DNA from: Octopus vulgaris
Taxonomy: Eukaryota
DNA: 64,000 bases
Reading direction: 5' to 3'
NCBI GenBank assembly: GCA_951406725.2
Contig: OX597832.1
Span: 29,450,001-29,514,000 of the forward strand
This document shows, piece after piece, positions 12,001 to 25,946 of this stretch. A program made the position numbers and the translations under genes. The notes under the pieces were generated by a model. That model saw only the letters and a program-made list of their open reading frames with translations. It was not told the DNA's origin and made no database searches. How positions within the stretch are numbered: the first letter of the stretch is position 1; each line of letters opens with the position of its first letter.

Positions 12001-15000
12001 TTACACAACACAATAATACTTATTCGTAAGATGGACTCAAGAGTTCAAAGAACAACAGAAAATAAGTTCCAAAGAATCCAAAGAACCGTAGAAAATAAGT
12101 TCCGTAAGAAGTACAAGAAATTTACCATTTCTGGCTGCTGTGAGCAGAGCAAAGATTAGACAAAGTCAATGAAGTGGGACAAACAGACTAGCAACACCTT
12201 TTCATATTTCTCTACTTTCTATTTTCTATCTCACCCCTGCAGGGGAAGGGACCAAAATTAATGTTGGTCGACATTCCACTTCTCTTTGCATTAATCAAAA
12301 ATTATCAACATTCCACGAACTCTCTCCTACTTTCTGTTTATCTTTGTTATGTTAGTTGTTGTTATTTTAAGACTGGCCGCCTTCAAGAGAGTACCCTAAT
12401 GCAGTGTAATCTGGTACAGTTAATGCCCTCTTTAGGGGTTTCAGAACTCTCTCACCTCACACTGAACTGAACAACATCAAACATGTTTTGTGGTTCCCTA
12501 GCAACCTTTCCTTGTCATCTATTTTCCTCAAGAGAGAAATAGACAGACAGACAGACACACGAACACACACATTCCTATTTGTTTGTCTGTAAGCACCTGT
12601 ACGCACACACACACACACACAAAGGAATATTCTACAGCATTCTTTGCCATTTACTACTGCCATCTCTCCTTCCTTTCAACATCTGAAGCTTCTCGAAATT
12701 CCTCCAGTCTTATTTCAAAACCAAACTGGTTGAAATATATTCTACCTGGAATTTCACTTCTGACATGTAACAACAACAATAACAACCGCAATTATAATTT
12801 CTAGCACAAGCATAAGTTTGAGAGATTCTACTGACCCCACCCCCACTCCCAGTACATGACTGGTACTTGATTTTATCAATCTCCAAAACAATGAAAGGCA
12901 GTAATTTAACTTATAACATAAATAGCTATAATAAACACCACAAGGCATTTTGCCTGCAACTCTAACAAGTCTACCAATTCATTGTTCTTCATGGCAATCC
13001 ACCACCTTATACCAATAATAATAATAAATAATAACAAGGGGACTCACAAAACACAAGCTTCTACCAAGGCAACACCAACGTCCACTCAACAATTAACCAG
13101 AGATGATTTTTAAAATGAGAATATCTTAAATAAACTCGACTGCTCTCACAAACGAGAATACAAAATATTAACCCAACTGCTCTCAAAAATTAAGTAAAAA
13201 AAGACTTGAAAGTGAACATAAGATTGTAATACTTCATGTAAAGTAAATATAACAAATAATGAGTCTAATGTAAACTTTTGTGATGGAAATAAAATTTAAA
13301 GATATTCCTTAACCTAGAGATCCTTGACCAAAGATGTTCCAACCTCAACCAACCAGTCTTTTCTTCACACAAACTGTAGAAGAACTACATTATGTAGTGA
13401 GGCCTTCATTTTGTAAGATGGCAGGATATGATTTGAGGGAAACTTAACTGCTATTCTTGCAGATGTGTGATACTGGCTTTCATTAAATAGAGTGGAATAT
13501 TTTGTGTGTGTGTTTGTGTGTGTGTGTGTGAACGAGAGATATTCTCTATTTTTGACTACTATTTCTAGCAGCTGTTTACGCAAGAGAAGATAAGATGCAG
13601 AGCAACTAATCACATGATTCACTCCTCTTCGTGGATGAGGGGTTAAGGGTAAGGAAGGCACCCAGCTGTGAAACCAGTTGATCACAAAATGAATTTTTAA
13701 AAGATTCCAAGAAATAAAATATTTTTTTTTACATTCAATATCTTGTAAAATTAAGATAAAACTAAAACAATAAAATAAAAAAGACAACAAAACCAGTCTG
13801 TTCTTAGATTTATGGTCAGCACTTATTCTAGAAACTTCTTCAGATTCTTTAGAATCTAAAATCTGACAAAAGAATGGGATTAATCTATGGTATTAATCTT
13901 TGAATAACTCCAAATGGATTTTATCACCAGCATCAATGGCAAATTATCAAAGAGGTTTAGGAATCAAGAATATTTCAATGCAAAGAATCTAAAAAAGGCT
14001 GAGGATGATAAATATTTGCAGACAACAGAGAACCAGAAAGAAAGAATTGGTAATAAAGGACTGTACGAAGAGAAGTCAATAAATATAACATTTGCAACTA
14101 AAAGCAAAAGCTGGTCAACATATATATTCTTTCACCGACATTGAAAGCCAATAATGTTGTAGAATTATTCCGCTACTTTGCAATTATATTCCTCTCTTCG
14201 CTTTGTAGACGGAAGAAAGAAAGGAAGTGAGTGGTTTTAGAGAATGGTATCTATGCTTATTGTTATTATTTCACCCTGGGGTCAACTCTGACAGACCAGA
14301 CTTGTGGTCGGTAGTCAACCGTAAGTTTAACTATCTTTCCATCTGTGGCCGTTCTGTTCCACATTGCCTGACACTGTGTGTCTAGGAGTACATTATTCAA
14401 TGTTCTTTCCCTTTCTTAAGAGTGTGGGGTGGGATCTGAAGAAAATTTGGCAGCTAATTCTAGGATATTAAACAACCATGAAGAAGTTCTACAGTTGGCA
14501 CAATAGGTGGTATTAATGGTAGGGAGTTAAAGCGATCAGGGAGTAAAAATGGTTTACAAATCATGGAAAACAAAAAATTCCATTATTTCTATTGAGAATC
14601 CAAAATGTTTACATGAGAAAAACCATTTCCTTTGTTACAACGTTTTGAAAGAAACCTGAAAATCAGGAGAACAGTCAGGGAATAATTCCTTAAATTTGCC
14701 AAGAAGTGTAGCATAGTGAAAAAGTGTAGCTGGATAAATGATCACCTTAGTCTTCCCTAAAGCTATAAAAGGTAAGAGAGAGAGGGATTAACAAAAGATA
14801 AGCTGACTTTTGTTTACCCGTCTGAACTAGTTGTTGCTTTAATAGTCTTTTAATTCTTAATCTAAGATGAATTTACTTCTGAACAACAAAGAGAAGAAAG
14901 AAGATTTGAAGGAATACTTTTCAGAGATGGACATTTCAGACGTGAAACGGAAAACGAGGAAGAAATTGAAATGAATGAATAAATAAGAGTAAATAATATC

Positions 15001-15174
15001 TGAGGTGCAATTATGGCTGTAGTTGTAGTAACGAAGTTTACTTGGTAAAAGGTGTGATTCCAGGTGCCATTCACTGCGGGGCACTGTTGGTCTTCTACTA
15101 TAGCCTTTAGCTGACCGATGCCAGGTGAGTCAAACTGGTAGATAGAAACAGTATAAAAACCCCATCATGACAAT

Positions 15175-15175
<1 letters not shown>

Positions 15176-15222
<47 letters not shown>

Positions 15223-15542
15223 ATGAGTGTGTGCGTTTGTGTGTGTGAGAGAGATAGAGAGAAAGAGAGAGAATGAGTGTGTGTGAGAAAGAGAGAGAGA
15301 GAGAGAAAAAGAGAGAATGAGTGTGTGTGTTTGTGAGAGAGGGAGAGAAAGAGAGAGAATGAGTGTGTGCGTTTGTGTGTGTGAGAGAGATAGAGAGAAA
15401 GAGAGAGAATGAGTGTGTGTGAGAAAGAGAGAGAGAGAGAGAAAAAGAGAGAATGAGTGTGTGTGTTTGTGAGAGAGAGAGAGAAAGAATGAGTGTGCGT
15501 GTGTGAGAAAGAGAGAGAATGCGTGTGAGTGTGTGTGTGTGT
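15176..15542. repeat. Compound (GA)n/(GT)n microsatellite with higher-order repetition
   Basis: Repeated blocks gagagaaagagagagaatgagtgtgtgcgtttgtgtgtgtgag. Confidence 0.9.
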
Positions 15543-16228
15543 TTCTTCTTTCACATCTTCACACAACACAGGGCAACAATCACATCACATTCGCATCCCT
15601 TGCAAAAATAAAACGGCAGCAGCTAAGTGGTCTCCCCATATCCAGACCAGACTGGAATGAGAGAACAACAGCTTTGAAAAACAGGTAAGGGTTGGCAACA
15701 GTAAAGGTACCCAGTCACAAAAACACTATCTCAGTAAGTCTTGTCCAGCCCATGCCAACATGGAAAAAAAAAAAAACCAGCATGATGATAACAACATTTT
15801 CAAATTGTCACTGATCTTATAAAAGAAATCCTATTTTCATACAATTCTTTACTTTTTGTAAATGGATATTCAGGACACGAGATCTTCCTTCGCTCAGCAC
15901 CCACTCCATCTGCCTGGGGGGGGGGGGTTCAAATACCAAACCCATCCACTACTCCTACACACAATAATTACATTCCATACGTCATGTAATAATCTGACTT
16001 TTAGTGGAACAAACCTAAAACAATAACAAGTGTCAGGCTCTTCATTTAACACCAATATACCCTGCCGGAAAGATGATATCTCTAAATCTCTTTTGTCAGC
16101 AGAGAAGCCGAAGGTGACATTTCGATATTCATTTGATATCATCACCAGAAATATACAGAAAGACGGGTCCCCAGGTTGATGGTGACAATACAAGGAGCTA
16201 ACAGACACACACTTCACCTACTTCTCTT

Positions 16229-16602
16229 TAGGTGTGGCTGTGTGGTAAGAAGCTTACTTCCCAATTACATAGTTCCAACTTCAGTCCCACTGTGCGACAC
16301 CTTGGGCAAGTGTCTGCTACTATGGGGTTGAGCCGTGGATTTGGTAGATGGAAACTGAAAGAAGCCTGTCGTATATATGTGTAGGGGGGGAAGTTTTTGA
16401 GTCTGTGTTTGTCCCCCACCGCCGCTTGGCAACCAGTGTTGGTGTGTTTATATCCCTGTAACTTAGTGGTTCAGCAAATGAGACCAACACAATAAGTGCC
16501 AGGTTTTAAAGAAAAACAAAACTGAAGTTGATTCACTTGCCTAAAAATTCTCCAAAGCAGTGCCCCAGCATGGCCTCAGTCTAATGACTGAGGCCAGTAA
16601 AA
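16229..16602 (+). mobile_element. SINE family A
   Basis: Colinear with the A consensus. Confidence 0.85.
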
Positions 16603-16659
16603 ACAAATTACACACACACACACACACACACACGCATATATATATATATATATATATAT

Positions 16660-17062
16660 AGCAGGAGTGGCTGTGTGGTAAGTAGCTTGCTTACCAACCT
16701 CATGGTTCCGGGTTCAGTCCCACTGCGTGGCACCTTGGACAAGCGTTTTCTACTATAGCCATGGGCCGACCAAAGCCTTGTAAGTGGATTTTGTAGACGG
16801 AAACTGAAAGAAGCCTGTCATATATATGTATATAAATATATGTGTGTGTGTTTGTGTATGTTTGTGTGTCTGTTTGTCCCCATAACATCGCTTGACAACT
16901 GATGCTGGTGTGCTTACATCCCCCTAACTTAGCAGTTCGGCAAAAGAGACCGATAGAATAAGTACTGGGCTTACAAAGAATAAGTCCTGGGGTCGATTTG
17001 CTCGACTAAAGGCAGTGCTGCAGCATGGCCGCAATCAAATGACTGAAACAAGTAAATGAATG
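16660..17062 (+). mobile_element. SINE family A, full length
   Basis: gcaggagtggctgtgtggtaagtagcttg ... caaatgactgaaacaagtaaa. Confidence 0.9.
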
Positions 17063-17144
17063 AGTAACACACACACATACACATATCTCATCAGTCAGGT
17101 GCCCTCCCTGTGTCAAGAGGTCAGCTTGCTTATGTCTCCCTAAT

Positions 17145-17217
<73 letters not shown>

Positions 17218-17744
17218 CCAGCTAAATGAATCCATCATCCATCAATTCGCAAGTAAACAGCTGCTTCTGCTGAAGAAGGTATCTGCCTCACCTGTCTCAC
17301 CTGCTTCTTATCTCTTCTGCCACTAATCACACAGTTAATTACATCTCTTATCTCCACTTGAAACGAATACAAACGAGTAATAAAGACAAAATGAAGACCT
17401 CTTGCCTTCAGTTCCCCCTAAATCCCCCCCAACAAACACTCCGACCCCAACCCCATCACCACCCCAACCCCACTAAATATATGAGGGGTTTCTACATGAC
17501 TGCTTGACCTGGTAGAAATAACAGCCAACTTCCCCTTACATCAGACCTCATTGTCTTAATAATTACACTGCCTGTTACTACAGTGAAAGGTGGGATGGTC
17601 ACACCAGGACTGGTTTTTGATTGTACAACTACTAACACCAAACTTGGTACTAAGCAACAACAACTATAGTTACATTGCCAGTACATGCAAGTACACACAC
17701 ACACACACATTTATATATGTACACGCACATATAAATATATTCTT

Positions 17745-18118
17745 TAACTTATTTCAGTCATTGCACTGCGGTCATGCTGGAGCACCAATTTGAAGAATTT
17801 TAGTCGAGTGAATCGACCCTAGGACTTATTTCTTTCTTTTGAACCTGGTACTTATTTTATCAGTTTTTTTTACTGAACTGCTAAGTTATGGGGACTTAAA
17901 CACACCAACATTGGTTATCAAGTAGTGGAGAGAGACAAACAGACAGACACACACATGCACATACATACAACAGGATTCTTTAATATTCCATCTACCAAAT
18001 CCACTCACAAGGCTTTGGGTGGCTGGACGGCAGAGTAGAAGATGCTTATCTATGGTGCCACACAAGCAGACTGAACCTGGAACCACATGGTTGGCAAGCA
18101 AACTTCTTACCACACAGC
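17745..18118 (-). mobile_element. SINE family A, diverged
   Basis: Reverse complement colinear with the A consensus. Confidence 0.85.
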
Positions 18119-18206
18119 ACTAACTGGAATATTCTATCTCAGAAAAACTTCTCATGGAGACTTGTACGATAAAAAATAAAAGGCTTCGCTTAAAATGCTG
18201 GTGAAA

Positions 18207-18251
18207 CATCAGACACTGGTGTTTCAATGTGAATTAGTCCCTTCAGTGTTG
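18207..18251 (-). other. Degenerate minimal (Penelope-type) hammerhead ribozyme relic
   Basis: Minus strand caaca CTGAAGG gactaattcacatt GAAA cac ca gtG TC tgatg: core order intact but A9>G, weakened stem II and one stem-I mismatch. Confidence 0.4.
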
Positions 18252-18904
18252 ATCAGATGTTCTAAGCCAAGCCATATCTGATGACATTCTGAATTATTTG
18301 TGTGTGTGTGTTAACACAGGAGTCTCTTTGAGAAGTTTCTCTGAGACAAAATATTACAGCTAGTACCATTCCACCTTAGTATATATTTTACAATAGTTAT
18401 ACACAACAGTATACACACACACACACACACACAAACCATACACACATATATGTACATATAAATATAATAGACATTAGATTATATATATATATATATATAT
18501 ATATGCTTTCAAGTGACAGGCTTGATAGTTGTTGAGAAATTTCTCAAAGCATGAAACCAATGGCAGCCTTGTTAACAACAAATAAAGAATATTTAGCCAC
18601 CAATGGAGTGTTAGCCATTCATTCTCATTGTTCGATATTAATGCAAGTGTGTGTGTAGAGAGAGAGAGAGAAATGTATGTATCTTTTGGTGATATTGATT
18701 AAAAAAAACAAAGACCCGGCATTTTGTGAACCACGTTTATTGTGATATTTCTTCTGCAGTGAGTTACAAATACTCAGAAAAATACATGGAATCAGCGATT
18801 GATCAGTTGGAAATCTATAAACATCAGATCAATATTACTATTGTTTACCAATTGTGATACATTGGAGATCACACACACAAACATGCGAGCATATATATTG
18901 TATA

Positions 18905-19178
18905 TCATCATCATCGTTTAACGTCCGTTTTCCATGCTAGCATGGGTTGGACGGTTCGACCGGGGTCTGGGAAGCCGGGAGACTGCACCAGGCTCCAGTC
19001 TGATCTGGCAGTATTTCTACAGTTGGATGCCCTTCCTAACACCAACCACTCCGTGAGTGTCGTGGGTGCTTTTAAGTGCCACCGGCACAGGGGACAGAGC
19101 GGGCTGGCAAACAGTCACGATCGGTTGGTGCTTTTACATGTCACCGGCACAAGTATCTTAACTACAATTTCCATTTGA
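18905..19178 (-). mobile_element. RTE-type LINE 3' UTR fragment (family C)
   Basis: catcatcgtttaacgtccgttttccatgctagcatgg...gatgcccttcctaacaccaacc, near-identical to the copies at 37931 and 50280. Confidence 0.85.
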
Positions 19179-19489
19179 TTTACAATACACACACAATCAT
19201 GTTTATAAAGACATGCATTCACACATACACGCAAGCATACACACACAAACACATACGCAAAGTAGTTGCCATAACAATAGGCTTGCCAGTGGAAGTAAAA
19301 GTACACCTCTAATTAACAGACATCTTCAAAGTTAACCTAGCAATTACTAAGGTTTTAATGAGAAAATTAATTAGTGTTTCATTAGCACATCTGAGACGAA
19401 ACATATTTAATATAAACATGTTAACAACAAATAAATCATACGTACGAACTGTGGCAAGTTTATGGGTGCACACGGGTGTGCGTGCGTGC

Positions 19490-19558
<69 letters not shown>

Positions 19559-19679
19559 TGTTTGTGTGTGTGTGTGATCACATAGTAAATTGAATGAATA
19601 TCAAGAGATAATTTTATACAATTTTTTTTAGAAATACAGGCCAAAATAAACACAGTGAAATCACTAATGTCAAATATAG

Positions 19680-19731
<52 letters not shown>

Positions 19732-19794
19732 GTGTGAATGTGTGCTTTGTTTTAAATGGCAAAAATATAATTTAAATGTCAAAAATGTAAATCA

Positions 19795-20230
19795 CATATA
19801 CATACACACATATATGTATAAATATATGTATATATATATTTTTATCATTTGTATGGTCTGTTTGTCTCTATCTCTCTCAACACACACACACACACACACA
19901 CACACACGTATGTATAAATATATGTATATATATATATTTTTATTTGTATGGTCTGTTTGTCTCTATCTCTCTCAACACACACACACACACACACACACGT
20001 ATGTATAAATATATGTATATATATATATTTTTATTTGTATGGTGTGTTTGTCTCTCTATCTCTCAACACACACACACACATACACACACATGTATGTATA
20101 AATATATGTGTATATATATATATTTTTATTTGTATGGTGTGTTTGTCTCTCTATCTCTCAACACACACACACACACATGTATGTATAAATATATGTGTAT
20201 ATATATATATATTTATTTGTATGGTTGTAA
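19795..20230. repeat. ~90-bp minisatellite, about 5 copies, built around (TA)/(CA) runs
   Basis: Unit tgtataaatatatgtatatatatatttttatttgtatggt(c/g)tgtttgtctcta/tctctcaa(ca)n is repeated. Confidence 0.9.
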
Positions 20231-20243
20231 TATTGAAAAGCTC

Positions 20244-20274
<31 letters not shown>

Positions 20275-21395
20275 CACACACACATACACACGTGATAATG
20301 AGTCTATTTACGCTGTTTACACACACTCAGGATGTGTGTGTGGTTTGAAGTTTTCAAGCCAAAATATAAGAAAACTTAACAGGGGAGGGGATAGGGGGAT
20401 GGGACGTGTTGAAGAGTGACATCGCTTACTGTGTGCATTTACATGTGTGTGTGTGTGTTAATTATATTTACTCATTGCTGATTACAGCCAAGCATAGATA
20501 TTATACAACTTGAAATACTTATATACACACTGAGAATAATTAGGCAACATCTCCATTTAATAAGAAACTTTAAGTCTGTCCATCTCTCTTTCTTTCTTTC
20601 TCTCTTTCTTTCTTTCTTTCTTTCTCTCTCTTTCTTTCTCTCTTTCTTTCTTTCTTTCTTTCTCTCTCTCAAGCGATAAAATGGTTAAGTAGGAAGTGAG
20701 AAAACAGGGAATTAACAGGAAAGTCTTTGAAGAAGTAAATAAGAAAATGTTTTAATCAGAGCCGCAATTTACAATTTAAGATATTTTACGCACAGAAATC
20801 AATAGTTTAACACAACCAATCGTTGCATTGATTTACACACACACACACACTCACACACACATGTAGACACATTATCTGTTAGAGGTCCTTGGAACTAAAC
20901 ATTTGTGTGTTTAGACATGATACATAGGTACAGGCAGCGGGACGGCAGAACCAGTTGAGTTTTGGACAAAATTCCTTGTGGCATTTACTCTAGTTCTTTA
21001 TGTTTTAAGCTCAACTCCCACCAAGAGCAACTCTGTATTTCATTGTCCCAAGGTCAATGTATAAAGTACCAGTCTAAGATGGTGAACTGGCAGAGTCAGC
21101 AGAGCGACAGATGGTAATCGTTGTGGTAGCTGTTCCGACTCTTTGCACCGGGAGTTCAAATCTCACCATGATGTATTTGGGTGATAGGTTTAGTCCATAG
21201 ACCGATTTAATACCACACCTGGTGGCAGCTTGGCAGATCCACTTCCATAGATACACCCTCTCCCAAGCATTTGCACCTGGTCTTTTCATTTCAGGATGCC
21301 TTTGTTCCCTCGTCCCACTTGTCTTAGATGTCCTGCACAGTATCACACGCATTGCCCTGCCTCAATTTTATACGTGTACATGTATGTGTAAATGC

Positions 21396-21436
<41 letters not shown>

Positions 21437-21755
21437 GGAGTCCAACGTAGCCCTGCTACTTGCTGGATCCTGTTAAACGATCCAACCCATGCCACTCTGG
21501 AAAATGGACATTAATGCTGATGACGATGGGTGTGTGCATAATTAGAGGGACTGAGAGACAGGTAAAATGACAAGTAGACAAATCCAAAGCATCCAAACCA
21601 CAGACACTAAATGATGATGATGAGATGTATATATATGTGTGTGTGTATGTGTTTTTCTTACAAAAGTACCAATGAATTTGAATCCAACTGTTTTGGTCCA
21701 TACATGTAACTCCCGATAAATTGGTTGAGTGCCCTTCATTCGTTTGTCCACTCAT

Positions 21756-21803
<48 letters not shown>

Positions 21804-21919
21804 TATCATTATCTTCATTTAATGTCTGCCTTCCAATACACATACACACACTTATACATAACATGCATATATGTTTTGATGTATATATGTATGTATGTGT
21901 GTACATACATATATATATA

Positions 21920-21950
<31 letters not shown>

Positions 21951-23618
21951 TATATATAGAGATATATATATATATGGACACAGACTGTGTGTCAGTAGCC
22001 AGCTGGCAAAGATGTTTCCCTGGGGCTTAAACAACAGTAACACCGTCCTTTATAGGGCCCCCACATTCTGTTGGCAAATAAACTTTACTATATATATATA
22101 TATATACATACATATATACATACATATATATATATATATATAGGCATGCATGCATTTATGTGTGTACGTGTGTGTGTGCATAAAGAAAGGGGAGACACAA
22201 GAGAGACCAGTTGACAAGAGAAATGGTAAATGTTGAGGAATGCAGCAGTAATGGCCAAAAGATTGGCAAAGCAATCAACAAATTAGCAGTGAATCATTAA
22301 AAAATGAAAGAATGAAAGAAATAAGAGAAAAAAAAAGGTAAAAAGAGTTTGCCTTGCCTGAGATTGAGCGTGATTAGGAGACTTAGGAGCCTGGTTTAAT
22401 AATCCATTGTGTGTTGGTGATGTCTCCGTCTGGCCGCTATTTGGGTTATAAACACATCTATGTTTGGAATCAGTCGTGGAGACAGGTAACGCATTTTGGA
22501 CCCGTCTCCAGCAGAATCGGAGTCTTAAGCATTCCATGGAAACATCCGTCAACACTCACATGCAAACACCACACATATATATATATATATATGTATCTAT
22601 CTATCTATCTATATATATATATATTTGTATGTAAGTATAAATGCACGTCACGTCTATTTATATATATATATATATATATATAATTTCTTTTTTTTTTTGT
22701 TTGAAAATATAGTTGTGTTTAAAGATACATATGTGTAAGCATATATATATATATGTATGTGTGTGTGTATATATTTATATATAAATAGTAATAAAAATAA
22801 ATTTATTTTGGTGGAGATGTTGAATGAGGAAGAAGCAGAAGAAGAATGCTTTGTGGGTTTCCTACTTGCAATATGACAGCTTGCTTTGTAATGATTTCGT
22901 TAAGAATGCTGGCCCAATTAGCAACGGAACAGAGGAGTAATTACCAAAAATAAGACAAGAAAAACAGTCGAGGAAATTTATGGAGAAGACACGGAAAAAC
23001 ATCTGCAAGAAATCAAAGAGATCTTCCTTTCCTCTGCAGTTGTCTTTGAGAGGAAAAATTCTGTGACAGTCAGGTAGAAAATACATAGCCATAATGTGGA
23101 GTGGAAGGGAAACCCCCACCACACAAGCGTACACACCCACTCACACACACATAGGAGTGATTTAGTGTGTAACAGTGGGAGGGAGGAGCGAGACGGAGAA
23201 AGAGAGAGAGAGGGAAAAAGAGAGACAGCTGGCTCGAAAAGCAGAACTACATTAAGTAGAGACAGTGTTGCTATCAGTACACAACAACAACATCAACAAT
23301 AGCAGCTACAACAATAACCACTACTACTGCTACTACTACTAGTACTAAGAAGACTGTTATAGCAGTACAGAGAAGTTATAGGAATTCAACGGTTGCGACT
23401 GCCACAAAGTGGATGGAAGAGATGAAAGTAGGCACTGGCAGGAAAGATGAAATGGGGGGGGGGTTGCGAGAGAAAGAACAGCGGCCAGTGGTGGAGGTGG
23501 TGGTGGTGGTGGTGGTGTTGGCATTAGTAGTGGTGGTGGTGCAGAGGAGGGAGGGAAGTAGGGAGGGTGGCAGTGTAGCTATAACAACAGATATACTAAT
23601 ACCTTCATATGCTCGCAG

Positions 23619-23671
<53 letters not shown>

Positions 23672-23784
23672 GTATATATATCAGGATACACCGATTGATA
23701 TTCTCAAATGCCATGACTCCCACTACTAGCACAGATGCAGTATATAGCATATAGCATGCATATATCTAACTATCTATCTATCCT

Positions 23785-23787
23785 TTG

Positions 23788-23826
<39 letters not shown>

Positions 23827-23901
23827 TATATATATTTATATATACACACATATATATATATACATATATACACACACATATATTTATATATACACACACA
23901 C

Positions 23902-23944
<43 letters not shown>

Positions 23945-24170
23945 TATATATATGCATATATATATATTTATATATACACACATATTTATATATACACATA
24001 CATTTATACATACACAGACACATGCACACATACATACACACATATATATATATACATAGATACATACATACAACACAGATATACCAGTGTATATATCACA
24101 CTACTCCACAGATATAGTGTATATATAGCTACACACACACACATTCACACACATATATATATACATACTA
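23785..24170. repeat. Compound (TA)/(CA) microsatellite
   Basis: Direct inspection. Confidence 0.95.
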
Positions 24171-24544
24171 ATGTCCCCACCACCACTGCCACCACCACTA
24201 CATACTTTACCAATGGATGTCCACCACCCCTACCACTACCACCACTGCACAGATGTACCAAATTGTCAAACATTATACTAGGAGGAGATAGCAAAAGTAC
24301 ACTATTTATATGGAATTGTCAATATGTTAGTCACAGTAATTATCCAGCCATCCATCTCTCTCTACACACACGTATATATATATACGTGTGTGTGAGTGTG
24401 CGTGTGCATGTGTGAGTGAGGAGAGACAGAGAAACATAGATAGGTGTGTCTGTGTGTTTATGTGTGTGTATGTATGCTTGCTTCTATGTTTGTCCAACAG
24501 CCATTCAATAGACAACAATAAGTATATACAGATGTATGTGTAAT

Positions 24545-24598
24545 CTGTGTGTGTATGTACATACATATATATATACATACATATATATATATATATAT

Positions 24599-24686
<88 letters not shown>

Positions 24687-24842
24687 ATATATACATATAT
24701 ATATACATACATATATATATATACATACATACATATGTATATATACATACATATATATATATACATACATATATACATACATATATATATACATATACAT
24801 ATATATATACATACATACATATATATACATACATACATATAT

Positions 24843-24873
<31 letters not shown>

Positions 24874-24913
24874 CATATACATACATATATATACATACAT
24901 ATACATACATACA

Positions 24914-24945
<32 letters not shown>

Positions 24946-25008
24946 CATATATATATACATACATACATATATATATATATACATATACATATACATACAT
25001 ATACATAC

Positions 25009-25047
<39 letters not shown>

Positions 25048-25465
25048 CATATACATACATATACATACATACATATATATACATACATACATATATATAC
25101 ATACATACATATACATACATACATATACATACATACATATATATATATACATATATATATACATATATATACATATATATATACATATATATATATACAT
25201 ATATATATATACATATATATATATATACATATATATATATACATATATATATACATATATATATATACATATATATATATACATATATATATATACACAT
25301 ACATATATATATACACATACATATATATATACATACATACATATATATACATAAATATATACATACATACATACATACATATATATACATAAATATATAC
25401 ATACATATATATATATATAAATATATACATACATATATATATATATAATATATATACATACATAC

Positions 25466-25498
<33 letters not shown>

Positions 25499-25539
25499 CA
25501 TAAATATATACATACATATATATATATATAAATATATAC

Positions 25540-25610
<71 letters not shown>

Positions 25611-25795
25611 CATACATATACATACATATATACATATACATACATATATACATATACATACATATATATATACATACATATACATACATACATACATACA
25701 TATATATACATACATACATATATATACATACATACATATATATATATACATACATACATACATATACATACATATATATACATACATACACATAT

Positions 25796-25826
<31 letters not shown>

Positions 25827-25889
25827 CATACATGTATAGGTGTATAAACATATATATATACACACACACACATACACGCACGCACATAC

Positions 25890-25940
<51 letters not shown>
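24545..25940. repeat. ~1.4-kb compound (TA)n/(TACA)n/(CA)n array
   Basis: Direct inspection; source of the 493-537 aa pseudo-ORFs. Confidence 0.97.

Positions 25941-25946
<6 letters not shown>

Noticed and set aside
13914-14144. 76-aa ATG ORF (MDFITSINGK...)
   Set aside because: No recognisable domain, and A-rich bias explains the openness. It cannot be supported without transcript data, though it is not excluded.
14650-14680. Second minus-strand AG|GT juxtaposition (ttttcag|gtttct)
   Set aside because: The donor half is far from the GTRAGT consensus and expected by chance.
22866-23002. Minus-strand exon candidate (good acceptor, open frame)
   Set aside because: Weak donor (AA|GTAGGA) and a T-rich low-information peptide.
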